DNA of 64,000 nt from an uncultured Chloroflexia bacterium (GCA_963828165.1 CAWHDR010000001.1:960001-1024000); one strand, 5' to 3'; counted from the stretch's first letter, positions 27,714 through 38,070 are shown. Program-made: numbers and translations. The notes: generated by a model not told the origin, from the letters alone.

Positions 27714-29201
27714 ATGACGACCGAATCGAAGCCCGCGGCTGAGGCCGCTGCCCCCACCGTCGCGCGAATGCTGATCGGCGGTGAGGCCGTCGACGCCGCC
27801 GACGGCCAGACGTTCGACGTCGTCGACCCCGCCACTGGCCGGACCATGGCCACGGCACCGCTCGGCGGGCGCGAGGACGTCGACCGCGCCGTTGCGGCGG
27901 CCCGCAAGGCCTTCGACGACCGCAAGGGCTGGGCCAACTGGGCTGCCGGCAAGCGTGGTCGGAGCCTCTCGAAGCTCGCCGACCTCATCAAGAAGAACAG
28001 CGAGGAGCTGGCCCAGCTCGAGAGTCACAACGTCGGCAAGCCGATCACCGGCTCACGCGGCGAGGTCATCGGCGCCAGCCTCGTGTTCGACTACTACGCG
28101 GGGGCGGCGAACAAGCTCTACGGCCAGACGATCCCCGTCAGCAAGCCCGGCCTGGACCTGACGCTGCGCGAGCCGATCGGCGTCGTCGGGCTGATCGTGC
28201 CGTGGAACTTCCCGATCCTCATGGCCTCCTGGAAGGTCGCGCCGGCCCTGGCGGCCGGCAACACCGCGATCCTGAAGCCAGCGTCGTACACCCCGCTGAC
28301 GGCGATCCGCCTCGGCGAGCTGGCCCTCGAGGCCGGCATCCCGGCCGGGGTCCTCAACATCGTGACGGGCCCCGGCGGCACGGCGGGCGCGTCGATCGCC
28401 GCCCACGACGGCATCGGCAAGGTCGCGTTCACGGGCGAGACGACGACCGGCCAGGAGATCATGCGGCTGGCGTCGGGCAACGTGAAGAAGATCTCGCTCG
28501 AGCTCGGTGGCAAGAGCCCGAGCATCGTCTTCGCCGACGCCGATCTCGAGAAGTTCGCGAAGGAGTCGCCCTACAGCGTCTTCGACAACGCCGGTCAGGA
28601 CTGCTGCGCGCGCAGCCGCATCCTCGTCGAGCGCTCGGTGCACGAGCGCGTGCTCGAGCTATTCGTCGAAGCGACGCGCAACGTCAAGGTCGGCGATCCG
28701 GCGGACGACGCGACCGAGGTCGGGACCCTCGTCAGCGCGAAGCAGCGCGACCGCGTGAAGGACTACATCGAGATCGGGCTCGGCGAAGGAGCGACGATCG
28801 TGGTCGGCGGGACTGAACCCGACGATCCGGCCCTGGCCGATGGCGCGTATCTCCTCCCGACGGTCTTCGACGGCGTCTCGAATGACATGCGCATCGCCAA
28901 GGAGGAGATCTTCGGGCCGGTGGTATCGATCATCCCGTTCGATACGGAGGAGGAGGCCCTGCAGCTGGCCAACGCGACGCCGTACGGCCTCAGCGGCTCG
29001 ATCTGGAGTCGCGACATCGGCAAGGCGCTGCGTGCCGCGAAGGCACTGCAGGCCGGCGTGATCAGCGTGAACTCGAACAGCTCGGTCCACACCGAGGCCC
29101 CGTTCGGCGGCTACAAGATGTCCGGGATCGGCCGGGAGCTCGGGCTGAGCGCACTCGATCTCTACACGGAGACCAAGAACGTCTTCATCGACATCAGCTG
29201 A
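27714..29201 (+). CDS. Aldehyde dehydrogenase
   Basis: 'IVPWNFP', 'LELGGKS', 'GQDCC', 'EEIFGPV', 'PFGGYK'. Confidence 0.93.
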   Translation: MTTESKPAAEAAAPTVARMLIGGEAVDAADGQTFDVVDPATGRTMATAPLGGREDVDRAVAAARKAFDDRKGWANWAAGKRGRSLSKLADLIKKNSEELAQLESHNVGKPITGSRGEVIGASLVFDYYAGAANKLYGQTIPVSKPGLDLTLREPIGVVGLIVPWNFPILMASWKVAPALAAGNTAILKPASYTPLTAIRLGELALEAGIPAGVLNIVTGPGGTAGASIAAHDGIGKVAFTGETTTGQEIMRLASGNVKKISLELGGKSPSIVFADADLEKFAKESPYSVFDNAGQDCCARSRILVERSVHERVLELFVEATRNVKVGDPADDATEVGTLVSAKQRDRVKDYIEIGLGEGATIVVGGTEPDDPALADGAYLLPTVFDGVSNDMRIAKEEIFGPVVSIIPFDTEEEALQLANATPYGLSGSIWSRDIGKALRAAKALQAGVISVNSNSSVHTEAPFGGYKMSGIGRELGLSALDLYTETKNVFIDIS

Positions 29202-29202
29202 G

Positions 29203-29874
29203 ACACGGTTCGAGGGCTCGGTCGGCGGGCGGGGCGGGCCCGGCGGACGCGGCCCGGGGCGGTTCGCCATCGCTGCGTGGGGTCTTGGTCTCGTCACGGT
29301 CGTTGGCGTTGCCCTCGCCGGTGGCGGCATCGGCGAAGCGGCGGGCGAGGCGGCGCCGGCGGTCAGCGCGGTCCCATCGGTGGGCGCGGCCCCTTCCACC
29401 GATGCCAGGGCGGCGACGGCTGCTCCGACGCTCGATCCTGCGTTTGCAGATCTGGCCATGACCTCGCCGGCACGCCCCAACCAGGTCATCACCACGCGCG
29501 ACCTCGTGGTCCGCGGTCACGTGCGCGAATCGTCGTGGCGCGTGCAGGTGGTGCTGCAGTCCCAGAGCGCGGAGCCCATCGTGGTGCGCACCGGCGGGCC
29601 CATGACCCGACCCGGGGATCGCGACCGGAGCCCGGGCCGGACCTTCATCATCACGTTGCCCCTCCCCGATCCACGTCCCGCGGGGCCCGCGGTCGTGCAG
29701 ATCGTGGCGTACGACGCGAGCGGCCGAGCCCAGGAGGTCGTGCTGCGGACCATCCAGATCGGAGCACTCCTCGGCCCGGCGTCCGGCGCCGACCCCGGGC
29801 TCATCGCGCGCTGTCACCTGCCGGACGCCATCCGCGGGCAACGCAGGCTGGACCTCGCCGGATCGGGCTGCTGA
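29203..29874 (+). CDS. Hypothetical membrane-anchored/secreted protein, start unclear
   Basis: The frame is open upstream of 29380 and encodes TM-like 'FAIAAWGLGLVTVVGVALAG', but has no ATG/GTG/TTG before it. Confidence 0.4.
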   Translation, partial: TRFEGSVGGRGGPGGRGPGRFAIAAWGLGLVTVVGVALAGGGIGEAAGEAAPAVSAVPSVGAAPSTDARAATAAPTLDPAFADLAMTSPARPNQVITTRDLVVRGHVRESSWRVQVVLQSQSAEPIVVRTGGPMTRPGDRDRSPGRTFIITLPLPDPRPAGPAVVQIVAYDASGRAQEVVLRTIQIGALLGPASGADPGLIARCHLPDAIRGQRRLDLAGSGC

Positions 29875-29893
29875 GCGCGGCGAAGCTGCCTCG

Positions 29894-30511
29894 CTAGCGC
29901 CCTACCTCGACGGCCGGCCACGAAACATCCGGCCGGTGCCGCTCGAGCCAGTCGCGCAGCGCCCACATGGTCGTGCGGAACGCGAGGCCGGACCACGGGA
30001 TGTCCTCCGGGGCGAACGTCCGGATCTCGAGCGCCTCGGCCGTGGGCGCGGCCGTGCCACCCACGATCCGCGCGGCGAACGCGATCGTCACGACGGCCGC
30101 CTCGAGACGCGTGTACAACCCGACGATCTCGGTGGGCTCGATCAGCAGACCGGTCTCCTCCCAGGTCTCGCGGATGGCCGCCTGGTTGACGGTCTCGTCG
30201 ATCTCCAGGAAGCCGCCGGGCTGGGCCCACTGGCCGCGGCCGGGCTCGATCCCGCGTCGCAGCAGGACGATCTCGCCTTCCTCGGTGATCGGGAAGACCG
30301 TGACGACGAGGCGCGGGTTGACGTAGGCGATGTGGCCGCAGTCCGGGCAAGACAGCCGGTCGCGGTCCTCACCCTCGATCTGGCCGAAGCGCAGCGACGT
30401 ACCGCAGTTCGAGCAGAAGTTGAGGGACTGGCCCATCCACTGCGGGACGCCGCCACCGGACGGGAGATCCGTGGAGCGGCCGTCGCGTCCTCGATCGAAC
30501 TCGTCCATCAC
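29894..30511 (-). CDS. NUDIX hydrolase with zinc ribbon
   Basis: 'FCSNCG..CPDCG', '[24 protein letters not shown]'. Confidence 0.9.
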   Translation of the reverse strand: MMDEFDRGRDGRSTDLPSGGGVPQWMGQSLNFCSNCGTSLRFGQIEGEDRDRLSCPDCGHIAYVNPRLVVTVFPITEEGEIVLLRRGIEPGRGQWAQPGGFLEIDETVNQAAIRETWEETGLLIEPTEIVGLYTRLEAAVVTIAFAARIVGGTAAPTAEALEIRTFAPEDIPWSGLAFRTTMWALRDWLERHRPDVSWPAVEVGR

Positions 30512-30521
30512 CCGATGCGCG

Positions 30522-30953
30522 TCAGGCGAGCAGCACGGCGATGGCCGCGACGACGAGGGCTCCGAGCCCGATCAGGCTGACCGCGACCCAGGCGAGCCGG
30601 AACAGACCCTTGCCACGATCCACGCCCATCCAGGCCCAGGCCGAGCGCCAGATGCGCACGATCGCGTCGGCGGTCGTCACGACCAGCAAGGGCGCGGCCA
30701 CGATCACGCACAGCTTGATGAGCGGATCGCCGAGCCTCGCCCCGAGGTTGAGGGCCGTGATCGCGATCGCGCCACAGATGAGCACGACCACGGACAGGTT
30801 GATGTAGTGCTTCTGGAGCGGCGTCGGAGCGACTTCGGGCACGGAGCGCGGGGCCAGCCCCTGCAGGCTGGGCGGGAGCGGCGTCGGGGCGCGAACCGCC
30901 TGGCGGTCCAGGGCCGGCATCCCCGGTTCCCAGCGTTCGTCGTCCATCGTCAC
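30522..30953 (-). CDS. Hypothetical membrane protein
   Basis: Three hydrophobic segments; TACACT-N6-GTG. Confidence 0.65.
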   Translation of the reverse strand: MTMDDERWEPGMPALDRQAVRAPTPLPPSLQGLAPRSVPEVAPTPLQKHYINLSVVVLICGAIAITALNLGARLGDPLIKLCVIVAAPLLVVTTADAIVRIWRSAWAWMGVDRGKGLFRLAWVAVSLIGLGALVVAAIAVLLA

Positions 30954-31006
30954 AGTCCGAGTGTAGCCACGTCACGCACAACCGCGGTGCGGCTCGCCCT
31001 CCGAGG

Positions 31007-32365
31007 TCAGGCTTGGCTGGTGGGCCGTCCGCCTCGCCGGAGGAAGCTCGGGACGTCGAGGTCGTCGCTCTCCGCGTTCGTCGATCGTGCGTGGACCTGG
31101 TCGGGGAGTTCCGGGCCCCCGGCGGAACGCGGTTGGATGTGCTGCCTCCGGGTGGCGACAGCCTGCCGGGGCGGGATCGTGGCCGATCGAGCCGGACGCT
31201 TCGCGGGCGCCATCACCGGGATCGCCGGCGGCGGCGGGACCGTGGCAGCCTCCTCGACGCGGGGAGGGCCAGAGACCGGGGGGTCCTTGGGGGACGCAGT
31301 CTCGATGGGCGGCGTCGAACTCCGAACCGGCGTCGCCAAGCCCGTGGCGATCAGCGTGACGAGGACGTCCCCCTCGAGCGAGTCATTGAAGCTCGCCCCG
31401 AAGATCACGTTCGCGTCGGGGTCGGCCCTTTCGCGGATCACCTCGGCGGCCTGACGCACCTCGCGCAAGCGGAGGTCCCGCGGGCCGGAGACGTTGAAGA
31501 GGATCCCCCGGGCGCCTTCGATGCTGGCCTCCAGCAGCGGGCTGGCGATGGCCTGGCGTGCCGCGTCCGTGGCGCGATGCTCGCCCGTCCCGCGACCCAG
31601 GCCGATGAGCGCCGGACCGGCGTCCTGCATCACGGACCGGACATCGGCAAAGTCGAGATTGATCAGACCGGGTGCGGTGATGAGGTCGATGATCCCCTGG
31701 ACCGCCTGGCGGAGGACGTCGTCGACCACGCCGAATGCGTCGATCATCGAGGCGTCCTCGGCGAGGACATCCGCGACACGGTCGTTCGGGACGACGATCA
31801 AGGCATCGACGTTGGCGGCGAGCTCCGCTGCGGCGGCCTCGGCGACCCGCAGCCGATGCGAACCCTCGAATCCGAACGGCTTGGTCGCGACCGCGATCGT
31901 CAGGGCGCCCTGGTCCCTGGCGTTGGCCGCGACGATCGGCGCGGCGCCGGATCCGGTGCCGCCACCAAGGCCGGCGGTGACGAAGACGAGGTCTGCGCCG
32001 CCGACTGCGCCGGCGATCTTCGCTTCGTCTTCCTCGGCTGCGCGCCGGCCGATCTCAGGGTTCCCTCCGGACCCGAGGCCACCGGTGATGGCCTCGCCGA
32101 TGCGGATCTTCGTTTCGGCGCTCGATCGGCGCAGGGCCTGGGCATCGGTGTTGCAGACGACGAAGCTCGCTGCCCCGATCCGCGCGTCGACCATGCGATC
32201 GACCGCGTTGCTCCCGCCGCCGCCGACACCGACGACCCGGATCGCGCGCGTCTCGGGCGTGCGCGCATGGCGAATCCAGCCGGGGATGGCGATCAGGAGG
32301 CGGAGGGACAGCAAGGCGGCCAGGCCGATGATGACCACGGCCACGGCCTCGCCCGGGACAGGCAC
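31007..32365 (-). CDS. ftsZ: FtsZ homolog with an N-terminal hydrophobic extension
   Basis: 'VVGVGGGGSNAVDRM', 'NTDAQAL', 'GGGTGSG', T7 loop 'GLINLDFADV', C-terminal 'DDLDVPSFLRR'. Confidence 0.92.
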   Translation of the reverse strand: MPVPGEAVAVVIIGLAALLSLRLLIAIPGWIRHARTPETRAIRVVGVGGGGSNAVDRMVDARIGAASFVVCNTDAQALRRSSAETKIRIGEAITGGLGSGGNPEIGRRAAEEDEAKIAGAVGGADLVFVTAGLGGGTGSGAAPIVAANARDQGALTIAVATKPFGFEGSHRLRVAEAAAAELAANVDALIVVPNDRVADVLAEDASMIDAFGVVDDVLRQAVQGIIDLITAPGLINLDFADVRSVMQDAGPALIGLGRGTGEHRATDAARQAIASPLLEASIEGARGILFNVSGPRDLRLREVRQAAEVIRERADPDANVIFGASFNDSLEGDVLVTLIATGLATPVRSSTPPIETASPKDPPVSGPPRVEEAATVPPPPAIPVMAPAKRPARSATIPPRQAVATRRQHIQPRSAGGPELPDQVHARSTNAESDDLDVPSFLRRGGRPTSQA

Positions 32366-32448
32366 CGATCGATCCTAGGCGGGTTGCGGCAGCAACCCCC
32401 ACGAAATCCGTACCGGTGAAGGGGGCCCCTTCGTCCCCCTCGTCTCGA

Positions 32449-32871
32449 TCAGAGCAGCCGGTCAGCCGGCGCTTCGGCGGGATCGACGGCCGCTTCGCAT
32501 GTCGGGCAGAACCAGCGCGCCTCGAGGGCCGTGCCGCACGTGAGGTGGCGCAGCGGTTCTGCGTCGCTCCCGCCGCGACTGCCCCAATCGGCGAGCAGGC
32601 GCAGCGCCGAGGCGAGGTCGCGGCCGTCGGCCGTGAGGTCGTAGGCGAGTCGGGTCGGTCGCTCCTGGTAGGGAGTCGATCGGACGATCCCCGCACGTTC
32701 CAGCCGGCGAAGTCGGTCGGTCAGGATGTTCGGCGCGATGCCGGAAAGGGTCTCAGTGAGCTCGCCGAAGCGACGTGGGCCGTCCAGCAGCGCCTCGACC
32801 ATCAGCAGGCTCCAGCGGTCGCCGACGCGATCGAGCGCGGCCTCGAGCGGGAGCGGTCGACGGTCCGTCAT
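32449..32871 (-). CDS. HxlR family winged-helix regulator
   Basis: 'VGDRWSLL..GPRRFGEL..IAPNILTDRLRRLE..YDLT'. Confidence 0.88.
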   Translation of the reverse strand: MTDRRPLPLEAALDRVGDRWSLLMVEALLDGPRRFGELTETLSGIAPNILTDRLRRLERAGIVRSTPYQERPTRLAYDLTADGRDLASALRLLADWGSRGGSDAEPLRHLTCGTALEARWFCPTCEAAVDPAEAPADRLL

Positions 32872-32922
32872 GCGCATCGATGGTAATCGGAGCTGAGGGC
32901 TTGTCATGCGGTCCTGTCAGTA

Positions 32923-32945
32923 GTAACTTGCAAGTCACAAGTTAC
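32923..32945. promoter_or_regulatory. Inverted-repeat operator between the divergent HxlR and protease genes
   Basis: GTAACTTG-N7-CAAGTTAC, AT-rich. Confidence 0.65.
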
Positions 32946-32979
32946 ACCCACCTTCCACACGACAGGAGTCCCTCCGGAT

Positions 32980-33897
32980 ATGAGCGCTATCGAAGAGATC
33001 GGCGCGGCGGTCGCGACCGTCGCCGACGCCGCCGGTCCGTCCATCGTCACGATCGGCCGCAATGCCCGCGGGTCCGGCGTCGTCATCGCCGACGGCCAGG
33101 TCCTGACCAATGCCCACAACCTGCGCGGTGGCGAAGTCACCGTGACGTTCGCAGACGGTCGTTCCACCCGAGGGTCCGTTACCGGCGTGGATCCGGACGG
33201 CGACCTCGCGGTCGTGTCGGTCGACACGGCCGGCGCGCGCGCGATCGACTGGGGGGCCGGCGACGGTCTCGCGGTCGGAGCACCCGTGTTCGGGATCGCG
33301 GCGACGTTCGGTGGCGGCGTGCGCGTCACGTTCGGGCTCGTCTCCTCCGTGTCGCGCTCGTTCCGCGGCCCGGGTGGCCGGCGGATCGCCGGAAGCGTCG
33401 AGCACACGGCGCCGCTGGCGCCCGGCTCGTCCGGTGGCGCGATCGTCGATTCGGCCGGGAAGTTCCTCGGGCTCAACACGAACCGGATCGGCGAGGGCTT
33501 CTACCTCGCGCTGCCGGCCGACGGCGCGCTCCGGGCGCGGGTCGATGCCCTCGGGCGCGGCGAGTCCGCGAAGCGGCTGCGGCTCGGTGTCGCGATCGCG
33601 CCGTCACACGTGGCGCGCCGGCTGCGACGCTCGGTCGGCCTTCCGGAGCGCGAGGGGATCCTCGTCCGAGGCGTCGAGGAGGGCTCGCTTGCGGAGGCGG
33701 CCGGGATCGAGGGCGGCGACCTGATCGTGTCCGCCGGTGGCAAGCCGATCAAGGACGCGGACGACCTGTTCGATGCGCTCGGTGGGCTCGAGCCGCCGTT
33801 CGAAGTCGGTGTCGTGCGCGGAGCCGAAGAGCGGACCGTCAAGGTGGAGACGCCCGCGGCCGGGGACAAGTCGGAGCGAACGCCCGGGGACGCGTAA
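32980..33897 (+). CDS. HtrA/S1C serine protease with PDZ domain
   Basis: 'GSGVV..LTNAH', 'DLAVV', 'PGSSGG', PDZ 'AAGIEGGDLI'. Confidence 0.88.
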   Translation: MSAIEEIGAAVATVADAAGPSIVTIGRNARGSGVVIADGQVLTNAHNLRGGEVTVTFADGRSTRGSVTGVDPDGDLAVVSVDTAGARAIDWGAGDGLAVGAPVFGIAATFGGGVRVTFGLVSSVSRSFRGPGGRRIAGSVEHTAPLAPGSSGGAIVDSAGKFLGLNTNRIGEGFYLALPADGALRARVDALGRGESAKRLRLGVAIAPSHVARRLRRSVGLPEREGILVRGVEEGSLAEAAGIEGGDLIVSAGGKPIKDADDLFDALGGLEPPFEVGVVRGAEERTVKVETPAAGDKSERTPGDA

Positions 33898-33963
33898 GCA
33901 GCGGGCGCTGCACGGCCCTACCGGCCTACCGGCACGCTTGCCGCCTGAGGTAGCATCGCGCCC

Positions 33964-34728
33964 GTGGATCGGATCGTGGGCTGGTACCGCGTCGCTTCTT
34001 CTACCGGGGCCGTCGTCGCGCTGATCGTCGCGAACGCCATCCCGCTGATCGGCGCGATCTTCTTCGCCTGGAACGTGTGGATGATCCTGATCGTCTACTG
34101 GCTCGAGAACGGCGTCGTCGGCTTCTTCAACGTCCTCAAGATCCTGCGCGCCGAGGGCCCGGCGGACCCGACGAGCAGCTGGCGGATGAACGGCAAGCCG
34201 ATGGCCACCGTTGGCCGCGCGGGGATCGCGGGCTTCTTCGTGATCCACTACGGGATGTTCTGGTTCGTCCACGGGATCTTCGTGCTGACGCTGCCGCTGT
34301 TCGCGGGCATCCGAGACGGCTTCAGTGCGATCGGGCCTCTCACGCCGGCTGATGGTGAGTTCGTCGATGGGGTCTTCACGCCGTTCCCGACCACGGGCAC
34401 GGACATGACGAGCGGCTTCGAGCCTGGCGCGATCCTGCTGGCTGTCGTCGCCCTCGCGATCAGCCACGGCCTGTCGTACTGGTTCAACTACCTGGGCCGC
34501 GGTGAGTACCGGCGGACCTCGCCGGCCGGCCAGATGTTCGCGCCCTACGGCCGGCTGGTCGTCCTGCACATCACGATCATCGTCGGGGGCATGGCCATCG
34601 CCTTCACGGGTGCGCCCGCCGCGGCCCTCGCGATCCTGGTCGTGCTCAAGACGCTGATGGACATCGGGTTCCACCTGGCCGAGCATCGCAACCGGTCGGC
34701 GCCTCCTGGGACGGTCGCACCCGCCTGA
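33964..34728 (+). CDS. DUF6498-like membrane protein
   Basis: 'YWLENGVVG', 'FFVIHYGMFWFVHG', 'PYGRLVVLH'. Confidence 0.75.
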   Translation: MDRIVGWYRVASSTGAVVALIVANAIPLIGAIFFAWNVWMILIVYWLENGVVGFFNVLKILRAEGPADPTSSWRMNGKPMATVGRAGIAGFFVIHYGMFWFVHGIFVLTLPLFAGIRDGFSAIGPLTPADGEFVDGVFTPFPTTGTDMTSGFEPGAILLAVVALAISHGLSYWFNYLGRGEYRRTSPAGQMFAPYGRLVVLHITIIVGGMAIAFTGAPAAALAILVVLKTLMDIGFHLAEHRNRSAPPGTVAPA

Positions 34729-34773
34729 GCCGCGTGCCGCAGGGCCGGCGCCCGGCTATGCCAGAGCTCGGGC

Positions 34774-35277
34774 TCAGCTGCCGGCGTTCGAGGGGTCGTC
34801 CAGGACGCCCTGGGTCTGGGCCGCGCGCCAGGCCACCAGCCGCGCGGCCAGTGCCTCGTCCGACAGCGCGAGGATCGCGGCCGCCAGCAGCCCAGCGTTC
34901 GTCGCGTTGCCGATGGCCACGGTCGCGACCGGGATCCCGCGCGGCATCTGGACGATCGAGAGCAACGAGTCCATCCCGCCCAGATGCTGGGTCGGGATCG
35001 GCACCCCGATCACCGGCAGGATCGTCTTCGCGGCGAGCATCCCGGGCAGATGGGCTGCCCCGCCGGCTCCCGCGACGATGACGCGGATCCCCCGACCGGC
35101 TGCCTCCTCCGCGTAGCGAAATAGCGCGTCGGGCGTGCGATGGGCCGACACGACGCGCAGCTCGGACCCGACCTCGAGCTCCATCAGGACCGCGCAGGCT
35201 CCCTCGAGGACCGGGAAGTCCGACCGGCTGCCGCCGACGACCCCGACCTGCGGCGGTCCTGCGACGTCCCAGCTCAC
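34774..35277 (-). CDS. purE: N5-CAIR mutase
   Basis: 'GSRSD', 'VVSAHRTP', '[11 protein letters not shown]', '[11 protein letters not shown]'. Confidence 0.95.
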   Translation of the reverse strand: MSWDVAGPPQVGVVGGSRSDFPVLEGACAVLMELEVGSELRVVSAHRTPDALFRYAEEAAGRGIRVIVAGAGGAAHLPGMLAAKTILPVIGVPIPTQHLGGMDSLLSIVQMPRGIPVATVAIGNATNAGLLAAAILALSDEALAARLVAWRAAQTQGVLDDPSNAGS

Positions 35278-36473
35278 TGTTCGTCCTCCTTTGCGGCAGG
35301 AATCTCGTCGTCCGTCCAGCACACGTGTGCCGCCGCGGCCCGCGCCCGCTCCAGCGCGCGCTCGACCGACGAGCCGACCGCCGTCACGTGCCCCATCTTG
35401 CGACGTTCGAAGACGCGACGCTTGTCGTAGAGGTGGAGGTGGATGGCCGGATCGGCGAGGGCGTCACCGAACTCTCCGGCCTCCAGTCGCGCGGCGCGCG
35501 GCCGGCCCGTGCCGAGCAGGTTGACCATCGCCGTGGGGGCCAGGGCCGCCGTCGAACCGAGCGGGAGGCCGCAGATCGCGCGGATATGCTGTTCGAACTG
35601 CGATGTGGCGGCACCTTCGATCGTCCAGTGGCCGCTGTTGTGGACACGCGGAGCGAGCTCGTTGACCACGAGCTGGCCGTCCGGCATCAGGAACAGCTCG
35701 GCCGTGAGCGTCCCGGCCATGCCCATCGCGACGGCCAGCCGCTCCCCGAGGTCAGCGGCACGGTCGGCGACCTCGGCGGGGACCGGCGCGGGCGCCACGG
35801 ATTCCGCCAGGATCCCCGCGTCGTGGGTGTTCCGCGTCAGCGGGAACGCCGCCGATCGGCCGTCGACGCCGCGGGCCACGATGATCGACACCTCCACGTC
35901 GAAGGCCATCTCGGCCTCGGCCAGGAGCGCGTCGCCGGGCGGGCGCCCGAGCCGCTCGAGCGCCCCATCGAGGTCCGCGGCGGCGTTCACGCGGATCTGG
36001 CCCCGGCCGTCGTACCCCCCGGTCGTGGCCTTGACCCGCAGCGGCAACCCGAGTTCCTTGGCCGCCTGACGCAGGTCGTCCGTCGTCTGGATCTCGCGCC
36101 AGGGCGCGACCATTGCACCTGCCTCCTCGACGAAGCGCCGCTCGGCGATGCGATCCTGGGTCACGAGCAGCGGCAGCCGACCCGGTCGAACAGGCACCAC
36201 GCCGTCCAGGGCATCCACGACGGCGACCGCTACGTGCTCGAGCTCGTACGTCACGACGTCGCTCGATGCGGCCAAACGCAGAGCGCCGCCGACGTCGTCG
36301 TAGCCGGCCACGACCTGGCGGTCGGCGAGGGCGGCCGTGGGGCAGTCGGGGTCGGGATCCATGACGGCGATCCGGTAGCCCATCGACCGCGCGGCGAGGG
36401 CCAGCATCCGGCCCAGCTGGCCGCCCCCGAGGATGCCGATCGTCGCAGGCGGGGCGATCGATGGCAGGCTCAC
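35274..36473 (-). CDS. purK: N5-CAIR synthase
   Basis: '[11 protein letters not shown]', 'GYDGRGQ', '[12 protein letters not shown]', 'RKMGHV'. Confidence 0.95.
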   Translation of the reverse strand: MSLPSIAPPATIGILGGGQLGRMLALAARSMGYRIAVMDPDPDCPTAALADRQVVAGYDDVGGALRLAASSDVVTYELEHVAVAVVDALDGVVPVRPGRLPLLVTQDRIAERRFVEEAGAMVAPWREIQTTDDLRQAAKELGLPLRVKATTGGYDGRGQIRVNAAADLDGALERLGRPPGDALLAEAEMAFDVEVSIIVARGVDGRSAAFPLTRNTHDAGILAESVAPAPVPAEVADRAADLGERLAVAMGMAGTLTAELFLMPDGQLVVNELAPRVHNSGHWTIEGAATSQFEQHIRAICGLPLGSTAALAPTAMVNLLGTGRPRAARLEAGEFGDALADPAIHLHLYDKRRVFERRKMGHVTAVGSSVERALERARAAAAHVCWTDDEIPAAKEDEQ

Positions 36474-36496
36474 GACCCGAGTGTAGACTGCCGCCC

Positions 36497-37123
36497 ATGC
36501 GACAGGTCATCGGCCGGCGCGTCACGGACGTGGACGTCGGCTAACTCTCCAGTTTGATCGCCCGGTCGGACCGGGTGGTCGCCGATATCGGTACCGGTGA
36601 CGGCCGCGCGGTGCTCACCCGGGCACGCGCCGAGCCAGGCTCCCTGGTCCTTGGCGTGGACGCCGCCACGGCCGCGATGGCCGAGGCATCCAGGCGCGCG
36701 GCGCGTCGCGGCGCGGCGAACGCCATCTTCCTCGCCGTCGGCGCCGAGACGCTCGCCGACACGCCGCTCGCGGGCCGGGTGGATCTCGTCACCGTCATGT
36801 TCCCATGGGGTTCGCTGCTGCGTGGCGTGCTCGGCCTGGACTCGTGCGCCCTGGCAGGCATCGCGGCGCTGCCCGCCCCAGGCGGCCGGATCGAGATCCT
36901 CGCCTCCGTAATGCCGTCCGACCGCATCGAGGGCATCGCATCGCTCGAGGCGACGTGGGAGCCGGCGATCTGCCGCGCCTGGGCCGCGTCCGGCATCGAT
37001 CTCGTGTCGATGCGCCTCGCCAAGCCCGAGGAGATCGCGGCGTCCGGCTCGTCCTGGGCACGGCGACTCCGCGTCGCCGGGAACGCCCGGCCGGTCTGGC
37101 GCCTCGACCTGTGCCGGCGGTAG
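36497..37123 (+). pseudogene. KamB/NpmA-like 16S rRNA (m1A1408) methyltransferase with an in-frame TAA at codon 16
   Basis: 'MRQVIGRR..*..DIGTGDG..PWGSLLRGVLG..SSWARRL' follows KamB motifs; TAA at 36542-36544. Confidence 0.75.
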
Positions 37124-37248
37124 TGCCGTTCTGCCAGGTGCGGTGCCATGGTCGCCGCGGGGTCCCGGTCACTCCCAGTGATCAACGCACAACGAACCTG
37201 CGCGGATCAGTGCCGAATCGCGCAGTAGTCCAGCCTACCTGCGCGGGA

Positions 37249-38070
37249 TCATCGCCCTTTTGTCACCACGAGTGACGTGGCGGCCTCGTGGTAGTTCCGG
37301 TAGGCAACCGTCGACCGACCGCCTCGGATCCGCGGGCGAACGAGCCATATCCGCCGCCGGCGGGCCGGGTCGATCAGAGCCAACGCCCTGCCCCCTGGCC
37401 AGGCCGATGCTGGATCGTCCAGTAGGGCCTGAGCAGCCGCGATGTCGACACCGAATGCTCGGTCGAACACGTCACGGTTCTGCGTCAGCGCAAGCTCGTT
37501 CTGCTCGCTGGCGAGAACGAGCAGCCACGTCACGATCCGGCGCGGGCGCCATCCTCGATTCGGGGCCACATGTCGAGCGACTCGCTCGTACCAGCCGACC
37601 TGACGTTCGAGGGCGCCGAGATCGTCGATCACGGTCTTGATCTCGATCACCAGGAGCGTCCCCGTCCGAGGGTCGAAGGCCAGGAGGTCGATCCAGCCCC
37701 GCCAGCGACCATCGACGATCGCAACCTCGCGCGCGGTACGCCAGCCCGCGCCACGCAGCCGGCGATCCACGTATCCAGAGCAGCGAGCGTGCACCGCGTC
37801 CCGTTGGCGGCGGTCGCCAACGATCACGGGTGCGCGCAGCGTGAGATCCAGTTCGAGCCCGAGGGCCCGAGCGAGCCGCACGATGACATCGAGTGAAGGA
37901 TTGGCTTGCCCTTGCTCGATTCCCGCGATGTACGACCGCGCGACGCCAACCCTCGCTGCGACCGCGGCTTGCGTGAGCCCGAGTGCTAGCCGCCCGTCGC
38001 GGCAGGCTCGGGCCAGCGTCACCCTGGGCGGTGGCCGATCCAACGCATTGACGTGCATTCGCTGAGTCAA
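37249..38070 (-). CDS. XRE HTH fused to a PD-(D/E)XK nuclease-like domain
   Basis: 'LGLTQAAVAARVGVARSYIAGIEQG' and 'GWIDLLAFDP..LLVIEIKT'. Confidence 0.75.
   Translation of the reverse strand: MTQRMHVNALDRPPPRVTLARACRDGRLALGLTQAAVAARVGVARSYIAGIEQGQANPSLDVIVRLARALGLELDLTLRAPVIVGDRRQRDAVHARCSGYVDRRLRGAGWRTAREVAIVDGRWRGWIDLLAFDPRTGTLLVIEIKTVIDDLGALERQVGWYERVARHVAPNRGWRPRRIVTWLLVLASEQNELALTQNRDVFDRAFGVDIAAAQALLDDPASAWPGGRALALIDPARRRRIWLVRPRIRGGRSTVAYRNYHEAATSLVVTKGR

Noticed and set aside
27215-36544. Shared GGCTAA context of the ppgK and Kam-like lesions as programmed recoding
   Set aside because: One is a frameshift and the other an in-frame stop; two cases are compatible with chance or error
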